Source of the DNA: Perkinsela sp. CCAP 1560/9
Lineage: Eukaryota; Protista; Euglenozoa: Kinetoplastea
Assembly: GCA_965644495.1 (NCBI GenBank)
Contig: CBFFSA010000027.1
Coordinates: 1-64,000, forward strand
Direction: 5' to 3'
Length of the DNA: 64,000 bases
Of this stretch, positions 62,511 to 64,000 are shown piece after piece (within the stretch, counting starts at the first letter, position 1; the number at the start of each line of letters is the position of its first letter). The position numbers and the translations under genes were made by a program. The notes under the pieces were generated by a model. It ran no database searches. It had not been told where the DNA came from and saw only the letters and a list, made by a program, of their open reading frames with translations.

Positions 62511-63041
62511 ATAATAATAATAATAACAAAAGACTATACACATGCAACTTTCAACGTACACTCTCCTTAGCGCACTGAAACATCTATCCACATCACGAAT
62601 AGGCCAAACCGCGGATTATGCGAATGGAGGTAGGAGACCTATCCTCTTTTGCAATTAGGAGAAAACGTGTACAAACGAGCACAAGCAAACCAGAACAATC
62701 TTACAATTAGCCATTTTCAGCTCAATATTTCACCATCGATATTCAACGCGGTACCAAGGGTTAAGCAGTGCGCAAGTTCTTGCCTTCATTGCCGCGTCAT
62801 ATGCCCGAAGAGCAACTCAGCGCCAACTTGTTCTCTGCTTGCCAAATAAACCACCGTATACTATCAATATTACGTACCCCACTCAGTGTTTTCGATGAGT
62901 ACGGATATTTAGCAATGAAATATACATAAATGCTCCAGAATATTATTAACGCGTTGATAAATAAATGTACCAAGAGGACATAACACTCCTGAAAATAAGC
63001 GTTCCAGATTAATGCGCAAAGTTATACACAGCAAATTTCGA

Positions 63042-63473
63042 TTACATATAGCGGCTTTTCTTCACAAAAATGGGGGCATTCGTCAGTCTACCCCGTGATG
63101 TCTTGTACTGAGAAAACGTTACTGGATCCCCGGTATTAGCTTCTGGGTTGAGTGAACGAGCAATCCTGACTGTGCTGCCTTCTTCTGTATTTTTCAGTTT
63201 CCCTTTTTTCATATTCACTTTGTGTGGAGATTTTTCTTGGAGATCATGCTCCCTTTTTTGACCGTGATTAGATTTGTTTCCCTCCCTTTGCGTGTGAATG
63301 ACGCATGAAAAACGACGTGCAGCTGTTCTCTGTGCTTTGCGTGCTATTTCATCAGCTTTTTCATTGAAGGAATTCCCGCAGTGTGCCCGCACTTTAATAA
63401 CGTAGAGACTACTATCTGTACAACGCTCTTTAATTGCTCCTTGTATCTGCGTGAGTAGGTCAGCATTTGGCAT
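63042..63473 (-). pseudogene. RNase H (type I) C-terminal fragment
   Basis: NADLL..I....KVRAHCGNSFNEKADEIAR; the N-terminal catalytic residues are missing, replaced by the repeat. Confidence 0.7.
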
Positions 63474-63536
63474 GCCACCGTATCCAATGATTGAAAAACG
63501 AACCCTAACATTATGATACCAGTCCCATACATAATG

Positions 63537-64000
63537 AGATCAAGTTTTTTGTAAGATCAAGTTTTTTGTAAGATCAAGTTTTTTGTAAGATCAAGTTTTT
63601 TGTAAGATCAAGTTTTTTGTAAGATCAAGTTTTTTGTAAGATCAAGTTTTTTGTAAGATCAAGTTTTTTGTAAGATCAAGTTTTTTGTAAGATCAAGTTT
63701 TTTGTAAGATCAAGTTTTTTGTAAGATCAAGTTTTTTGTAAGATCAAGTTTTTTGTAAGATCAAGTTTTTTGTAAGATCAAGTTTTTTGTAAGATCAAGT
63801 TTTTTGTAAGATCAAGTTTTTTGTAAGATCAAGTTTTTTGTAAGATCAAGTTTTTTGTAAGATCAAGTTTTTTGTAAGATCAAGTTTTTTGTAAGATCAA
63901 GTTTTTTGTAAGATCAAGTTTTTTGTAAGATCAAGTTTTTTGTAAGATCAAGTTTTTTGTAAGATCAAGTTTTTTGTAAGATCAAGTTTTTTGTAAGATC
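63537..64000. repeat. 17-bp tandem repeat type 3 (AGATCAAGTTTTTTGTA)n, >27 units, runs off the window
   Basis: Direct inspection. Confidence 0.97.

Noticed and set aside
43656-62547. Long ORF calls of 611, 716, 835 and 1188 aa as native proteins
   Set aside because: Their termini are chimeric read-through across insertion junctions, poly(A) or SL

Overview
Eukaryotic, almost certainly euglenozoan (kinetoplastid/diplonemid-type) DNA. A spliced-leader-like exon (minus strand CTTTAACGATAAAGATACAGTTTCTGTACCTTGTTG) caps several elements. Almost the whole window is a nested, strongly polarised (nearly all minus-strand) cluster of non-LTR retrotransposons of the CRE/SLACS-like RT + restriction-like endonuclease type. 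I distinguish nine families/subfamilies and label them A, B1-B3, C, D, E, E2, F. They occur as retrocopies of trans-spliced, polyadenylated RNAs and are punctuated by three related 17-18-bp tandem repeats. Main candidate novelty: an RNA-templated, telomerase-like repeat-synthesis system. A retrocopied, highly structured poly(A)+ ncRNA (29376-32189) surrounds the 18-bp repeat like a telomerase template, with a boundary hairpin and a possible long-range enclosing helix. Arrays of the same repeat are appended to element cDNA ends elsewhere, and one exits into the same 16-nt boundary sequence. Second: an invariant GAGC-N17-GCTC signal is embedded in the RT ORF of six families and multiplied in two non-autonomous RNAs. 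Also seen: composite multi-template insertions inside single target-site duplications, a five-copy array of an endonuclease-less element, a structured SINE-like insert and a 1.1-kb inverted-repeat element. Family assignments and RNA pairings were made by eye; no searches or folding programs were run.
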